NCBI RefSeq assembly: GCF_000012545.1
Contig: NC_007681.1
Location: 600,001-632,000, forward strand
From: Methanosphaera stadtmanae DSM 3091
GTDB lineage: Archaea; Methanobacteriota; Methanobacteria; Methanobacteriales; Methanobacteriaceae
DNA length: 32,000 nucleotides
Reading direction: 5' to 3'
Below the pieces are notes generated by a model. It did not search any database. It was not told where the DNA came from and worked only from the letters and a program-made list of their open reading frames with translations. Shown here in pieces: positions 9,170 to 18,678 of the stretch (the first letter of the stretch is position 1; the number at the start of each line of letters is the position of its first letter). The translations under genes were made by a program, and so were the position numbers.

Positions 9170-9367
9170 TCATGTTTTATTTGTAAGATTGGCTCTAATT
9201 TGTTGAGCATCCTCTTTTGCACTGAATATATTTTCATTAGAAAAGTAACTAGAATATATTTGAAGGGCTATTAATGCTATAACTATTACTCCTCCAAATA
9301 ATAATATATATTCAGCAGCACCTTGACCTTTCTCATCAACAATTAATTTAATAATAACACCTCCCAA
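9170..9367 (-). CDS. Class III signal peptide (type IV pilin-like, DUF361-type) small protein
   Basis: The N-terminus is (M)GGVIIKLIVDEKG|QGAAEYILLFGGVIVIALIALQIY. The ORF-track start is TTG and overlaps a GGAGGTG sequence. No ATG/GTG lies in frame downstream before the KGQ motif, so the exact start is uncertain. Confidence 0.6.
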   Translation of the reverse strand: MGGVIIKLIVDEKGQGAAEYILLFGGVIVIALIALQIYSSYFSNENIFSAKEDAQQIRANLTNKT

Positions 9368-9499
9368 AGTATTACTTATTGTATATATTGGTATTACACA
9401 TATAAAAGTATTACTTTTTTTATAATATAGTAATACTTAAAATAGTATAAAATAAAACAACTAATATATAATATAAGTAAAAAATGGGTGTTATAACTT

Positions 9500-10645
9500 A
9501 TGAAAATACTAATTACAACATGTGGGGTAGGTATTGGTCATTCATCAAGGGATGTTGCACTAGCAAAACTACTTGAGAAAAAAGGTCATAAAATCTACTT
9601 TGCAAGCTATGGGACAGGACTACATTACCTGCAAAAAAACAACTACAAACCATATAATCTACCACCCATGAACTTCCACCATGAAGATGGAGTACTTGAT
9701 ATAGAAAAATCAGTGAAAAAATCTAAAGATATACCATTTACCTTCATAAAAAGTATGTATAGAGAATCAAGAATAATAAAAAAAATAAAACCAGATTTAA
9801 TAATAACTGATTCACTTTACTCTCCTCCAATAACAGCTAAATTTCTAAATGTTCCATGCTATATAATAACAAACGACCTAACATTTGGATTTTCACAAAA
9901 TACAAATATGACTTCAATAAAATACTTTGAAAAAAGTATAAGAAAATTCATAATAGAAATATCCAAGTCAACAAATAAAATATTAATACCTGATATACCT
10001 GAATCCATAACAATACCCAAGGAACTTGAAGATAAAACAGAATTTATAGGACCTCTACTACATAAAAACCCACAGGAAATAGATACTAAGGAAAATCTAA
10101 GAAGAAAATATGGCCTAGATAATAATGAAAAAATTCTTCTAGTAACAATTGGTGGAAGTGATTTTGGAAAAGAATTAATAACAAACATATGTGCAGTATC
10201 TGAAGAAATAGAAGTAGATAAAATTTTCATATTCACAGGTCTTGAATTAAATCCAGATATCTTTAAATTACCATCTTCTAATAAAAAGGTAATAATAAAA
10301 CAATTCACATACAATCTAATTGAATGGATGAAACTCTCAGATTTAACAATAACACTAGCAGGTCATACAACATCAATGGAATTAATATCAATAAAAAAAC
10401 CAAACATAATGATACCAATAAAAAATCATATAGAACAAGAGAGAAACCTTAAGAAAATGAGACAATACAACATAACAAAAACAATAGAAACACAACAAAA
10501 ACAACAATTACTAGAACTTATTAACAACACAATAAATAATCTAGATAAAATAGAAATAAATCCAAAATTATATGATACATTTCTAAAATACAATGGAAGA
10601 GAAAATGCCCTGAAAGTAATAGAAAATCTAAATAATATTAAATAA
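9500..10645 (+). CDS. GT-B fold glycosyltransferase, MurG/GT28-like (MJ1255-type family)
   Basis: 381 aa. It has the N-terminal G-rich motif MKILITTCGVGIGHSSRDVALAKLLEKKGH and a C-terminal MurG-like segment LAGHTTSMELISIKKPNIMIPIKNHIEQERN. Confidence 0.7.
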   Translation: MKILITTCGVGIGHSSRDVALAKLLEKKGHKIYFASYGTGLHYLQKNNYKPYNLPPMNFHHEDGVLDIEKSVKKSKDIPFTFIKSMYRESRIIKKIKPDLIITDSLYSPPITAKFLNVPCYIITNDLTFGFSQNTNMTSIKYFEKSIRKFIIEISKSTNKILIPDIPESITIPKELEDKTEFIGPLLHKNPQEIDTKENLRRKYGLDNNEKILLVTIGGSDFGKELITNICAVSEEIEVDKIFIFTGLELNPDIFKLPSSNKKVIIKQFTYNLIEWMKLSDLTITLAGHTTSMELISIKKPNIMIPIKNHIEQERNLKKMRQYNITKTIETQQKQQLLELINNTINNLDKIEINPKLYDTFLKYNGRENALKVIENLNNIK

Positions 10646-10682
10646 ACATATATAATATTAACATTACATGAGGATTGATAAA

Positions 10683-11387
10683 ATGAAGATAGAATACTTT
10701 GGACATTCAGCATTTAAAATAGTATCAGAAGAAGGATTAATTATGCTAATAGACCCATTTATTAGTAATAATCCCTTATGTTCAACACCTGTAGAAACAA
10801 TAGATGCAGATGTAATACTCATAACACATGGACATTCAGATCACTTTGGTGATGCACTTGAAATAGCAAACAACTCTGGAGCAACAATAATAGCCACAGC
10901 AGAAATAGCAAATTTTGTACAACGTCAAGGAATAAATGCAATAGCAATGAATATTGGAGGAACAGTATCAATTAACAATCTAGTAAATGTTACAATGACA
11001 GATGCAAGACATACCTCTTCAATAGATTTCACAGAAGAAGTAGAAGAAGGAGGATCAGCAACAGGTTTTGTAATAACACTAGAAAGTGGTAAAAAAATCT
11101 ATCATGCAGGGGATACAGGACTCTTTGGTGACATGAAAACAGTAATTGGAGACATATATAAACCAGACATAGCTCTAATTCCAATAGGAGATAAATACAC
11201 CATGGGAATAGAAGATGCAGCAATAGCAGCAAAATGGTTACAATCAAGAATAGTAATACCAATGCACTACAACACATTCCCGGGTATAGAACAAGATGTG
11301 GAATTGTTTGCAAAAAATGTGGAAGATGAAATTATAGGTACAATGACAGTTCCTCTAATGCCTGGAGAAGATTATAGAGAAGAATAA
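10683..11387 (+). CDS. UPF0173-family metal-dependent hydrolase (metallo-beta-lactamase fold)
   Basis: It carries the MBL motif ITHGHSDHFGDA and the N-terminus MKIEYFGHSAFKI. I moved the start to ATG 10683, where GAGGA lies 8 nt upstream; the ORF-track start is 10668. Confidence 0.8.
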   Translation: MKIEYFGHSAFKIVSEEGLIMLIDPFISNNPLCSTPVETIDADVILITHGHSDHFGDALEIANNSGATIIATAEIANFVQRQGINAIAMNIGGTVSINNLVNVTMTDARHTSSIDFTEEVEEGGSATGFVITLESGKKIYHAGDTGLFGDMKTVIGDIYKPDIALIPIGDKYTMGIEDAAIAAKWLQSRIVIPMHYNTFPGIEQDVELFAKNVEDEIIGTMTVPLMPGEDYREE

Positions 11388-11547
11388 ATAAAGTAAATTC
11401 AAATAATAAAAAAAGAAGTGTTTTATTTATAAATATTAATTTAAAAAAAATAAAACTTTATATATAAACATAGATATAATTTTAATTAGTAGGAAAGATT
11501 TAACATTTTATATCCTATATTTTTTTAATAAGAATGAAAAAACATTC

Positions 11548-13548
11548 TTATCTAATCTTTCCATACTTTTGATTATATTCACGAATATCTAATAAATCAC
11601 ATTTACCACTAGGTAAACTACGTACAATATCATCAATACTAAATACTTTTTCTGCATCAATTTTATGTAATATTTCCTTAGATATACGCTCTTTCTTTGT
11701 AAAACCTGGTTTTACAATAACGTATTTATCAGTCATTTCTTTTAGACATTCAACAGGTCCTGCCATAATTCTTTTATCATCATCATAATCAACAACACCA
11801 ATAGCAATTAACACTGGAACATTACGAATAAAATTCTTCTTACCTCTAATTACAAAAGCACCTTTTTTTAAGAATTCTCCACTCTGTGGTGTTTTAGATA
11901 CTTGATCTAGAGTAACCCAATATGCATCATATGAACTAAATCCTTCAGTCCAAGCACTGCTAAAACTACTTGCAAAACAAGCAGCATCATACAATGTACT
12001 CTCTGGTATTTCATCTTCATTCTTGTTTTGAATTATAGTAGATGGTGCTCCATGAATATCACAGTGTAGATATATGTCGTTATTTTTAGAATATTTCTTT
12101 ACTACCTGTTCATTACTATTAGCATCACGACCACCAATTACAAGATAACCATCTCTACTAATAAACCATCTGAGTTTTTCATACCATTTAAGTTCACGTT
12201 TTTCTCTTTTTTCCTGTTTCTGACGTAACAATTCAATAGCAACTTCTTTTTTATCTTCAAGCTTTTTAATTTCGGATTTAGTATTTTCTATAGCTTTGTT
12301 AACACCATCAATTTTACGTTTAGCTTTTTTACCCTTATTATAATACTTTTCAGTACTTTCAGGAATTCCAATATTACTATCTATTTGAACATGAGTATCA
12401 TCAAGTTTTAAATTAATTACACCCATTTTGTCAATAGACTCAATCATTTCAAGTTCTGGAATTTTACCTTCTTTTTTGGATTTTTTTATAATTGAACCAA
12501 TTTCTTTCCAAGAATAATTTTCACGTGCTTGATGTATTACATTGATTATCTGTTGAATTTCATTATAATGAGCATAAATAGTATCTCCTTTGTGTTGTTT
12601 ATCTTCAATTGTTTTATAGAATCCTTCAAGAGTTTCTTCCTGCATTTTCAAACGTTTTTCAAACTTACCAATACGTTTTGCCCATAATTTTTCTTCCTTA
12701 TTTTTAATATCACTAACAATCTTCTTACTATAAAATTCATCAGCAGCCATATTAAAGGTTTCAAATGATTTTGATTTAAATTGAGCATATTTATTCAATG
12801 TAATAGGTACTAGATCCTTATTTTTATCATTTTCATCAAGTATAATTTGTGGTTGTGGATTAGTTTCTATTTTATTAAATAATTCATTGATAGCATTATT
12901 TAGTTGTGTAATTTCATCATCAGTTAATTCCTTTGCAAGTTTTTCTTTGTTAATTGAGGTGTAGCTTATAACTTCCTCTGCATATAAACCACCAAGACCA
13001 TTTGTTGCAAGTGTTCTTGTTATATCTCTATCAGATGTATTTATAACAGTTTTTAAATCTTCAAATCTACAGTTATTTATGTTAATTCCCTTTTCTGGAG
13101 GATACTTATATTCCTCATGTGCAGTGATTTTTCTATCATGCCATGTTTTATGTTTTAATGGTGAAATAATGTTATTATCCTTATCTAATAGTATGATATT
13201 TCCTTTACTAAATAATTCAACAAGTATTGTGTATTCTTCCTTTTTTTGCACCTTGATTTTAATGATTCTATCGAAGTTATGTTGTTCTATTGATGTGATA
13301 CTTCCTCCACTTAAATGTTTTCTAAGTAACATTGGGAAATTTGGTGGTATTGTGGGGTTTGGTTGAGGGTAGTTTGTTAAATGAATTCGTACACCTGCTT
13401 GAATTACCAGGTCTTTACGTCCTTCTCCTGCTTTTCGTAGTTTTATTCTAATAGTATCAACATCAGGCTGGTATGCCTTGTCAATTCTAGTATTTATTAA
13501 TTCTTTGTTTAATTCATTAACCATTCTATGAATGTCTACGTTTGACAT
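11548..13548 (-). CDS. NFACT-family protein (FbpA/Rqc2/NEMF homologue; NFACT-N plus NFACT-R/DUF814 domains)
   Basis: 666 aa. The N-terminus is MSNVDIHRMVNELNKELINTRIDKAYQP, followed by a central coiled coil. The C-terminal DUF814-like block is YLVIGGRDANSNEQVVKKY...DIYLHCDIHGAPSTII. Confidence 0.8.
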   Translation of the reverse strand: MSNVDIHRMVNELNKELINTRIDKAYQPDVDTIRIKLRKAGEGRKDLVIQAGVRIHLTNYPQPNPTIPPNFPMLLRKHLSGGSITSIEQHNFDRIIKIKVQKKEEYTILVELFSKGNIILLDKDNNIISPLKHKTWHDRKITAHEEYKYPPEKGININNCRFEDLKTVINTSDRDITRTLATNGLGGLYAEEVISYTSINKEKLAKELTDDEITQLNNAINELFNKIETNPQPQIILDENDKNKDLVPITLNKYAQFKSKSFETFNMAADEFYSKKIVSDIKNKEEKLWAKRIGKFEKRLKMQEETLEGFYKTIEDKQHKGDTIYAHYNEIQQIINVIHQARENYSWKEIGSIIKKSKKEGKIPELEMIESIDKMGVINLKLDDTHVQIDSNIGIPESTEKYYNKGKKAKRKIDGVNKAIENTKSEIKKLEDKKEVAIELLRQKQEKREKRELKWYEKLRWFISRDGYLVIGGRDANSNEQVVKKYSKNNDIYLHCDIHGAPSTIIQNKNEDEIPESTLYDAACFASSFSSAWTEGFSSYDAYWVTLDQVSKTPQSGEFLKKGAFVIRGKKNFIRNVPVLIAIGVVDYDDDKRIMAGPVECLKEMTDKYVIVKPGFTKKERISKEILHKIDAEKVFSIDDIVRSLPSGKCDLLDIREYNQKYGKIR

Positions 13549-13751
13549 TGATTTAATATTTACACCCTCTATGTTTCTTTAATTATTAATACATTATATT
13601 TATATATGGTATTTATAATGTAATTTTCCTAATTTATATGTAAAAAAAAATAAGATTTATTTAGAGAATATTTATAACTTAAAAAGTAATAGTTACTTTA
13701 TAAAAAAAGAGTGATGTGTCTATTATAAAAAAAATAAGATAAGAAGAATAT

Positions 13752-13952
13752 TTATTTCATTGCAAGTGCAATGTCTTCTGCTTTAACAGTTTTTCTACCT
13801 GCGTGTTTTGCAAGAAGTATTGCTTGTGATGCAATTTCTTCTCCAATAACTTCTAATTCTTCTGCTAATGCTACAACTGCATCATCACTTACACGTGCTG
13901 CTCCAGCATTTTTTATTATTCTTGAAATTGGTGCGTGTGGTAATTCACTCAT
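13752..13952 (-). CDS. Archaeal histone (HMf/HMt family)
   Basis: [66 protein letters not shown] aligns along its length with HMfB-type histones. I moved the start to the second ATG (13952); AGGAGA lies 8 nt upstream of it and overlaps the first ATG (13961). Confidence 0.9.
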   Translation of the reverse strand: MSELPHAPISRIIKNAGAARVSDDAVVALAEELEVIGEEIASQAILLAKHAGRKTVKAEDIALAMK

Positions 13953-14402
13953 GTTATTCATCTCCTTTAATTATTAATATGTATAATCATAGTATATATA
14001 GTTATTTACAATTAGTTTTACATTTCTTTTTTTAATTCAAATACTCTTCCCATAATGATAGGAATATTCTTGTCTATTTGGAATATTTTACATGAAATAT
14101 CATATTCTCTTTTTGTATATTATTTATTATAAAATCATTCTTCTGTTCAATAAACATGAGGTGATTTTTGAAACAAAAATAGGAATAACAATATGTATTG
14201 TAGATTATTCTTTTTATTTAAATCATAATATACTTTAATTAAATATAGTATATTATATGACCTTTCATGCTTTGAAACATTAATTTAAAATAACTCTTTA
14301 TAAGAATACATAATTATTTAGTTATACCTCATAATAAAATACTTTATTATTAATTAAATATAAATTTTATAATTAAATTGAGGTTAAATAATAGATGATT
14401 AT

Positions 14403-15293
14403 ATGTCTAATGAATATTATAGAAAAGTTAGAGAAGTTTTAGTACTTATATTAATAATTAACATAGCTATAGGTTTAGTTAAAATTATATATGGATATAA
14501 AGCAGGAGTTTTAAGTATTACAGCAGATGGTTATGATTCACTACTTGATGCTGTTTCAAACATCGTTGGAATAGTAATACTACTTGTTTCAGCAAAACCC
14601 TCAGATAAAGAACATAGGTATGGACACTATAAATTAGAAACTTTTGCATCAATATTAATATCATTTACATTGTTTATAGTGGCATATGAAATAATTTCAT
14701 CTGCATTTGAACGTTTCTTTGCAATTACAACACCATCAATTTCTATAACAACATATCTTGTAATGATAATTACATTGATTATAACACTAATAGCTGCATA
14801 TTATGAAAAAAGCATGGCTAAAAAATTACATAGCAACATACTTCTTTCAGATAGTGAACATATAAAAAGTGATGCTCTTGCAACATTTATCATAATAATA
14901 AGTCTTGTATTTGTTCAATTAGGTTATACTATACTTGATCCAATATTATCTATTGGAATTTCATTACTAATTATAAAAACTGGACTAACAATCCTATACT
15001 CCAATATCAACATATTACTTGATAAAAATATCTTATCTACCTATGAAATAGAAGATGTAGTAAAAGATATAAATGAAATAAAGGAGGTACATAATGTACG
15101 AACAAGAGGAACAGCTTCAACAATTTTTTTAGATATGCATCTAGTATTATCTAAGGATTTATCACTAGCTGATGCACATAGGTTATCACATATTTGTGAA
15201 GAAAAGATATGTGAGGAATATCCTGAAATTAAGGATGTATTAATTCATATTGAACCTGAAGAGGGTATGGATGATAAGATTGAATATGAATAA
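14403..15293 (+). CDS. Cation diffusion facilitator (CDF) family divalent-metal efflux transporter
   Basis: 296 aa with six TM segments. Motifs seen: SITADGYDSLLDAVSN, EHRYGHYKLE and SDSEHIKSDAL. A C-terminal cytoplasmic domain (VHNVRTRGTASTIFLDMHL) is present. Confidence 0.85.
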   Translation: MSNEYYRKVREVLVLILIINIAIGLVKIIYGYKAGVLSITADGYDSLLDAVSNIVGIVILLVSAKPSDKEHRYGHYKLETFASILISFTLFIVAYEIISSAFERFFAITTPSISITTYLVMIITLIITLIAAYYEKSMAKKLHSNILLSDSEHIKSDALATFIIIISLVFVQLGYTILDPILSIGISLLIIKTGLTILYSNINILLDKNILSTYEIEDVVKDINEIKEVHNVRTRGTASTIFLDMHLVLSKDLSLADAHRLSHICEEKICEEYPEIKDVLIHIEPEEGMDDKIEYE

Positions 15294-15437
15294 TAATACA
15301 TCCACCATTTTTTTTGAATCTATTTTTAATGATTTTTTTGAATTTAATAATATTTCTTTTAATATAATTTTTTAATAAATTATTTCATTTAAGAAATATA
15401 AATATAATACATAATATAAGAAATAAAAAAAATAATA

Positions 15438-17462
15438 ATGGTGGATATAATCGTGGATTTTGAAATTAAATATAAAGATGCAATGGCAAGGGTAGGTAAA
15501 TTTAAAACACCACATGGAACTGTAACCACTCCTGCTCTAATGCCTGTAGTTCATCCAGGTAAACAAACATTAGATGTTAAGAAGTTAGGTGCTCAGATAG
15601 TTATTACAAATTCATATATAATCTATAAAAATGAAGAACTTAAGAAAAAAGCATTAGAAGAAGGAGTTCATAGTCTAATAGATTTTCCTAATACAATAGA
15701 AACAGACTCTGGTTCATTTCAATTATCAGTATATGGTGATATAGATATTACAAATGAAGAAGTAATAAAATTCCAAGAAGCAATAAAAACAGACATAGGA
15801 ACATCACTAGATATTCCAACAGCACCATATGTAAAAAGAGAAGAAGCAGAAAATGACCTTGAAATTACAATAGAACGTGCAAAGGAAGCAGCAAATGTAA
15901 AAAGTGATTTACTACTAAATAGTGTTGTTCAAGGTTCCACATTTCCAGATTTAAGAGAAAAATGTGCAAAGGAAATATCTAAGTATGATGCAGATATTTA
16001 TCCAATAGGAGCAGTAGTACCATTAATGGAAATGTATAGATATGCAGATTTAGTTGATGCTGTAATGTATTCAATGAGAGGACTACCTGAAAACAAACCA
16101 AGACATCTTATGGGAGCAGGACATCCAATGGTATTTGCACTAGCAACAGCAATGGGTTGTGATTTATTTGATAGTGCAGCATATATTTTATATGCAAATA
16201 AAGATAGATTCATGATGCCTGATGGTACACTAAGATTAGAAGATCTTATAGAAATGCCATGTAGTTGTAGAGTATGTTGTGAATATACTGTAGATGAACT
16301 TAAACAAATGGACCAGAAAAAACGTGCAAAACTCATAGCAGAACATAACCTTCATATTAGCTTTGCAGAAATTAGAAGAATAAGACAGGCAATTGTTGAT
16401 GGAGAATTAATGAAACTAGTAGAACTACGATGTAGATCACATCCATTTCTACTTGATGGACTAAGAAGACTCATGGAATATAAAGAAGATATGGAAAGAT
16501 TAAATCCTAGTAGTAAAAAATCAGCATTCTTCTACACAGGATATGAATCTCTTGCAAGAAGTGAAGTGCCTAAACACTTAAAACAATTAGAAAATATTAA
16601 GCCTAAGAATAAAAATCTAGTAATACTACCTCATACAAGAAAACCATACACTAAATATGTAAATAGGGAATATATTAAGAAATACACACCAAAAATACCA
16701 ACATATTACTCCAATACAACAAATACTGATTATTCAAACAGTGATGTTGTAGTAGCAGATATTCCATTTGGAATAATACCATTAGGATTAGATGAATTCT
16801 ATCCATTAGCACAAAATGAATCCCCTTCAATTCATGATTTGGATTCAAAAAGATTTATCAGAGATATTATTAACAACTACTCTAAAAAATATGATAATGT
16901 TTTAATTCATAGGAAAGTTATTGAAAAATTTGACATCACCAACTTTAATCTTATAGAAGATGAATTACAACTTCCTGAAGCTAAAATAAGTGATTTTAAC
17001 CGTTTAAATGATATTGCTGATTACCAGTTTGGATGTGGTGCTGGAAATGCATTATTTGGTGGAGATGAAGATAAAATCACCATAGAAAAAAGTCGTAAAA
17101 CTAAAAAAATACGACATGTATTTGAAGATAATGAAAATATAGTAAATATGAGGGCAAATGATGGATTTTTAATTCTATCAGATCTTGGAGCAAAAAGATT
17201 ACATAAATTCCTAGAATATCCACATAATAGGGTAGTTGTATCAGAAGATTCTGAACCATTTGCATTAAAGGGAAAATCAGTATTTAATAAGTTTGTACTA
17301 GATTGTGATGAAAATATAAGACGTAATGATGAAGTGTTAATTGTAAATAAGGATGATAAATTATTAGCATTTGGTAAGGCATTACTCTCAAGTTATGAAA
17401 TAAAAGACTTCAATACAGGTCAAGCTATTAAAACAAGAAAATGGAAAAAAGAAATAGAATAA
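15438..17462 (+). CDS. tgtA: Archaeosine tRNA-guanine transglycosylase (ArcTGT) with C-terminal PUA domain
   Basis: 674 aa. The N-terminus is FEIKYKDAMARVGKFKTPHGTVTTPALMPVV and the TGT catalytic core includes ETDSGSFQ and PRHLMGAGHP. Zn-site cysteines lie in CSCRVC...H. A C-terminal PUA-like region includes EVLIVNKDDKLLAFGKAL. Confidence 0.9.
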   Translation: MVDIIVDFEIKYKDAMARVGKFKTPHGTVTTPALMPVVHPGKQTLDVKKLGAQIVITNSYIIYKNEELKKKALEEGVHSLIDFPNTIETDSGSFQLSVYGDIDITNEEVIKFQEAIKTDIGTSLDIPTAPYVKREEAENDLEITIERAKEAANVKSDLLLNSVVQGSTFPDLREKCAKEISKYDADIYPIGAVVPLMEMYRYADLVDAVMYSMRGLPENKPRHLMGAGHPMVFALATAMGCDLFDSAAYILYANKDRFMMPDGTLRLEDLIEMPCSCRVCCEYTVDELKQMDQKKRAKLIAEHNLHISFAEIRRIRQAIVDGELMKLVELRCRSHPFLLDGLRRLMEYKEDMERLNPSSKKSAFFYTGYESLARSEVPKHLKQLENIKPKNKNLVILPHTRKPYTKYVNREYIKKYTPKIPTYYSNTTNTDYSNSDVVVADIPFGIIPLGLDEFYPLAQNESPSIHDLDSKRFIRDIINNYSKKYDNVLIHRKVIEKFDITNFNLIEDELQLPEAKISDFNRLNDIADYQFGCGAGNALFGGDEDKITIEKSRKTKKIRHVFEDNENIVNMRANDGFLILSDLGAKRLHKFLEYPHNRVVVSEDSEPFALKGKSVFNKFVLDCDENIRRNDEVLIVNKDDKLLAFGKALLSSYEIKDFNTGQAIKTRKWKKEIE

Positions 17463-17482
17463 AAAAAAGGGAAGTAAATAAC

Positions 17483-17944
17483 ATGACAAAATCTGAATTA
17501 AAAGTTAAAAGAATTAAAAATGGAACAGTAATTGATCATATTACTGCTAACCGTTCATTAAATATTTTAAACATGCTTAAATTACCAGATGATGAAACAG
17601 CTATTATGGTTGCTATTAATGTTGAATCATCAGATATGGGACGTAAAGATATAATTAAAATTGAAGGAAGAGAATTATCACAAGATGAAGTTGATAAGTT
17701 AGTTCTTCTAGCACCTCAAGCAACACTCAATATTATTAGGGATTATCAAAATATTAGAAAATCCCACTTACATCTTATGGATGAAATTACTGATGTAGTC
17801 ACATGTAGTAATCCAAATTGTATAACAAATTCCAATGAACCAATACAAAAGAGATTTGCTGTACAAAATAAGCAACCTATTACACTTAGATGTTATTATT
17901 GTGAAAGAACTATGGAATATGATGATATAGAATCACAATTTTAG
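17483..17944 (+). CDS. pyrI: Aspartate carbamoyltransferase regulatory chain
   Basis: LKVKRIKNGTVIDHI matches the PyrI N-terminus, and the Zn-domain cysteines are CSNPNC...CYYC. I moved the start to ATG 17483 (MTKSELKV); the ORF-track start 17441 overlaps the end of tgtA. Confidence 0.9.
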   Translation: MTKSELKVKRIKNGTVIDHITANRSLNILNMLKLPDDETAIMVAINVESSDMGRKDIIKIEGRELSQDEVDKLVLLAPQATLNIIRDYQNIRKSHLHLMDEITDVVTCSNPNCITNSNEPIQKRFAVQNKQPITLRCYYCERTMEYDDIESQF

Positions 17945-17953
17945 AGTGATGTC

Positions 17954-18364
17954 ATGTCAATAATACATAAAACAATAAGTATCAACACAAATAATGATAT
18001 TGAATTAATAGATATTACAGAAGATATTCAAAGTATTCTTAGAAGTCATGAAATTCATAATGGAATAATTAACATATCCACTAAACATACAACTTCAGCC
18101 ATTGTTATTAATGAAAATGAGAATGGTTTAAAAAAAGATTATATTAACTTTCTTAGAGAAATAGTTCCAAAAAAAGAATATTATCATGATTTAATAGATA
18201 ATAATGCAAGAAGTCATCTGATGGCTCTGTTTACCACAGCTAATCAAACATTACCAATAATTGATAGTATGATTAATTTAGGTACATGGCAGAGTATATT
18301 TTTTGTTGAACTTGATGGTCCACGAAGAAATCGGGTTATTAACATAACAATAATGGGAGAATAA
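17954..18364 (+). CDS. YjbQ/UPF0047 family protein (secondary thiamine-phosphate synthase-like)
   Basis: 136 aa. Motifs seen: ISTKHTTSAIVINENENGL, DNNARSHL and GTWQSIFFVELDGPRRNR. Confidence 0.8.
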   Translation: MSIIHKTISINTNNDIELIDITEDIQSILRSHEIHNGIINISTKHTTSAIVINENENGLKKDYINFLREIVPKKEYYHDLIDNNARSHLMALFTTANQTLPIIDSMINLGTWQSIFFVELDGPRRNRVINITIMGE

Positions 18365-18385
18365 GTATTTTCATACTTATCCCAC

Positions 18386-18400
18386 TTTTTTTTTAAAAAA
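18386..18400. terminator. T9-A6 tract between convergent genes; candidate bidirectional archaeal terminator
   Basis: TTTTTTTTTAAAAAA lies between the yjbQ-like stop (18364) and the stop of the minus-strand small ORF (18411). It presents an oligo-T tract on both strands. Confidence 0.4.
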
Positions 18401-18410
18401 TTAGATTAAA

Positions 18411-18674
18411 TCAGTATATATACAAATTTTTAGATAAATTAAGTAGATTTTCATTTTCTTTACTAATATTTGTTTCAGTAATTTTTTTCTTAGATAATTT
18501 TTTCTGATGTCCATATTCCTGAGCAAAGGAAACACACATATATTCTACACCTTTAAAATTGAGTATAATTTCATTATCTGATATTTTATTAATTTCTTTA
18601 AATAATTCTTTTGCTATTTCACCAATAGATAATATTCTTGGAATAATATTAACTACTTCTAATTCTTTAACCAT
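18411..18674 (-). CDS. Small STAS-like (DUF4325-like) protein, function unknown
   Basis: 87 aa. The pattern LSIGEIAKELFKEI...NEIILNFKGVEYMCVSFAQEY resembles DUF4325/STAS-like domains (x-LDFxGVxxISSSFAdE). The start lies 4 nt after the upstream AKR stop, with GGAG 9 nt upstream. The family call is by eye only. Confidence 0.45.
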   Translation of the reverse strand: MVKELEVVNIIPRILSIGEIAKELFKEINKISDNEIILNFKGVEYMCVSFAQEYGHQKKLSKKKITETNISKENENLLNLSKNLYIY

Positions 18675-18678
18675 TTAT

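Noticed and set aside
9859-11313. ORFs 9859..10314(-), 10426..10713(-) and 11029..11313(-)
   Set aside because: They are antisense to the glycosyltransferase and MBL-hydrolase genes. They have no SD or motifs, and their sequences are low-complexity.
13962-14402. Unusually long (440 bp) intergenic region upstream of the CDF transporter, screened for a riboswitch, C/D-box sRNA or small ORF
   Set aside because: I found no C box (RUGAUGA) / D box (CUGA) pair and no GC-supported helices. The only ORFs are 11-13 codons long and lack an SD. It is probably just promoter DNA for the two divergently transcribed flanking genes (histone, CDF transporter).
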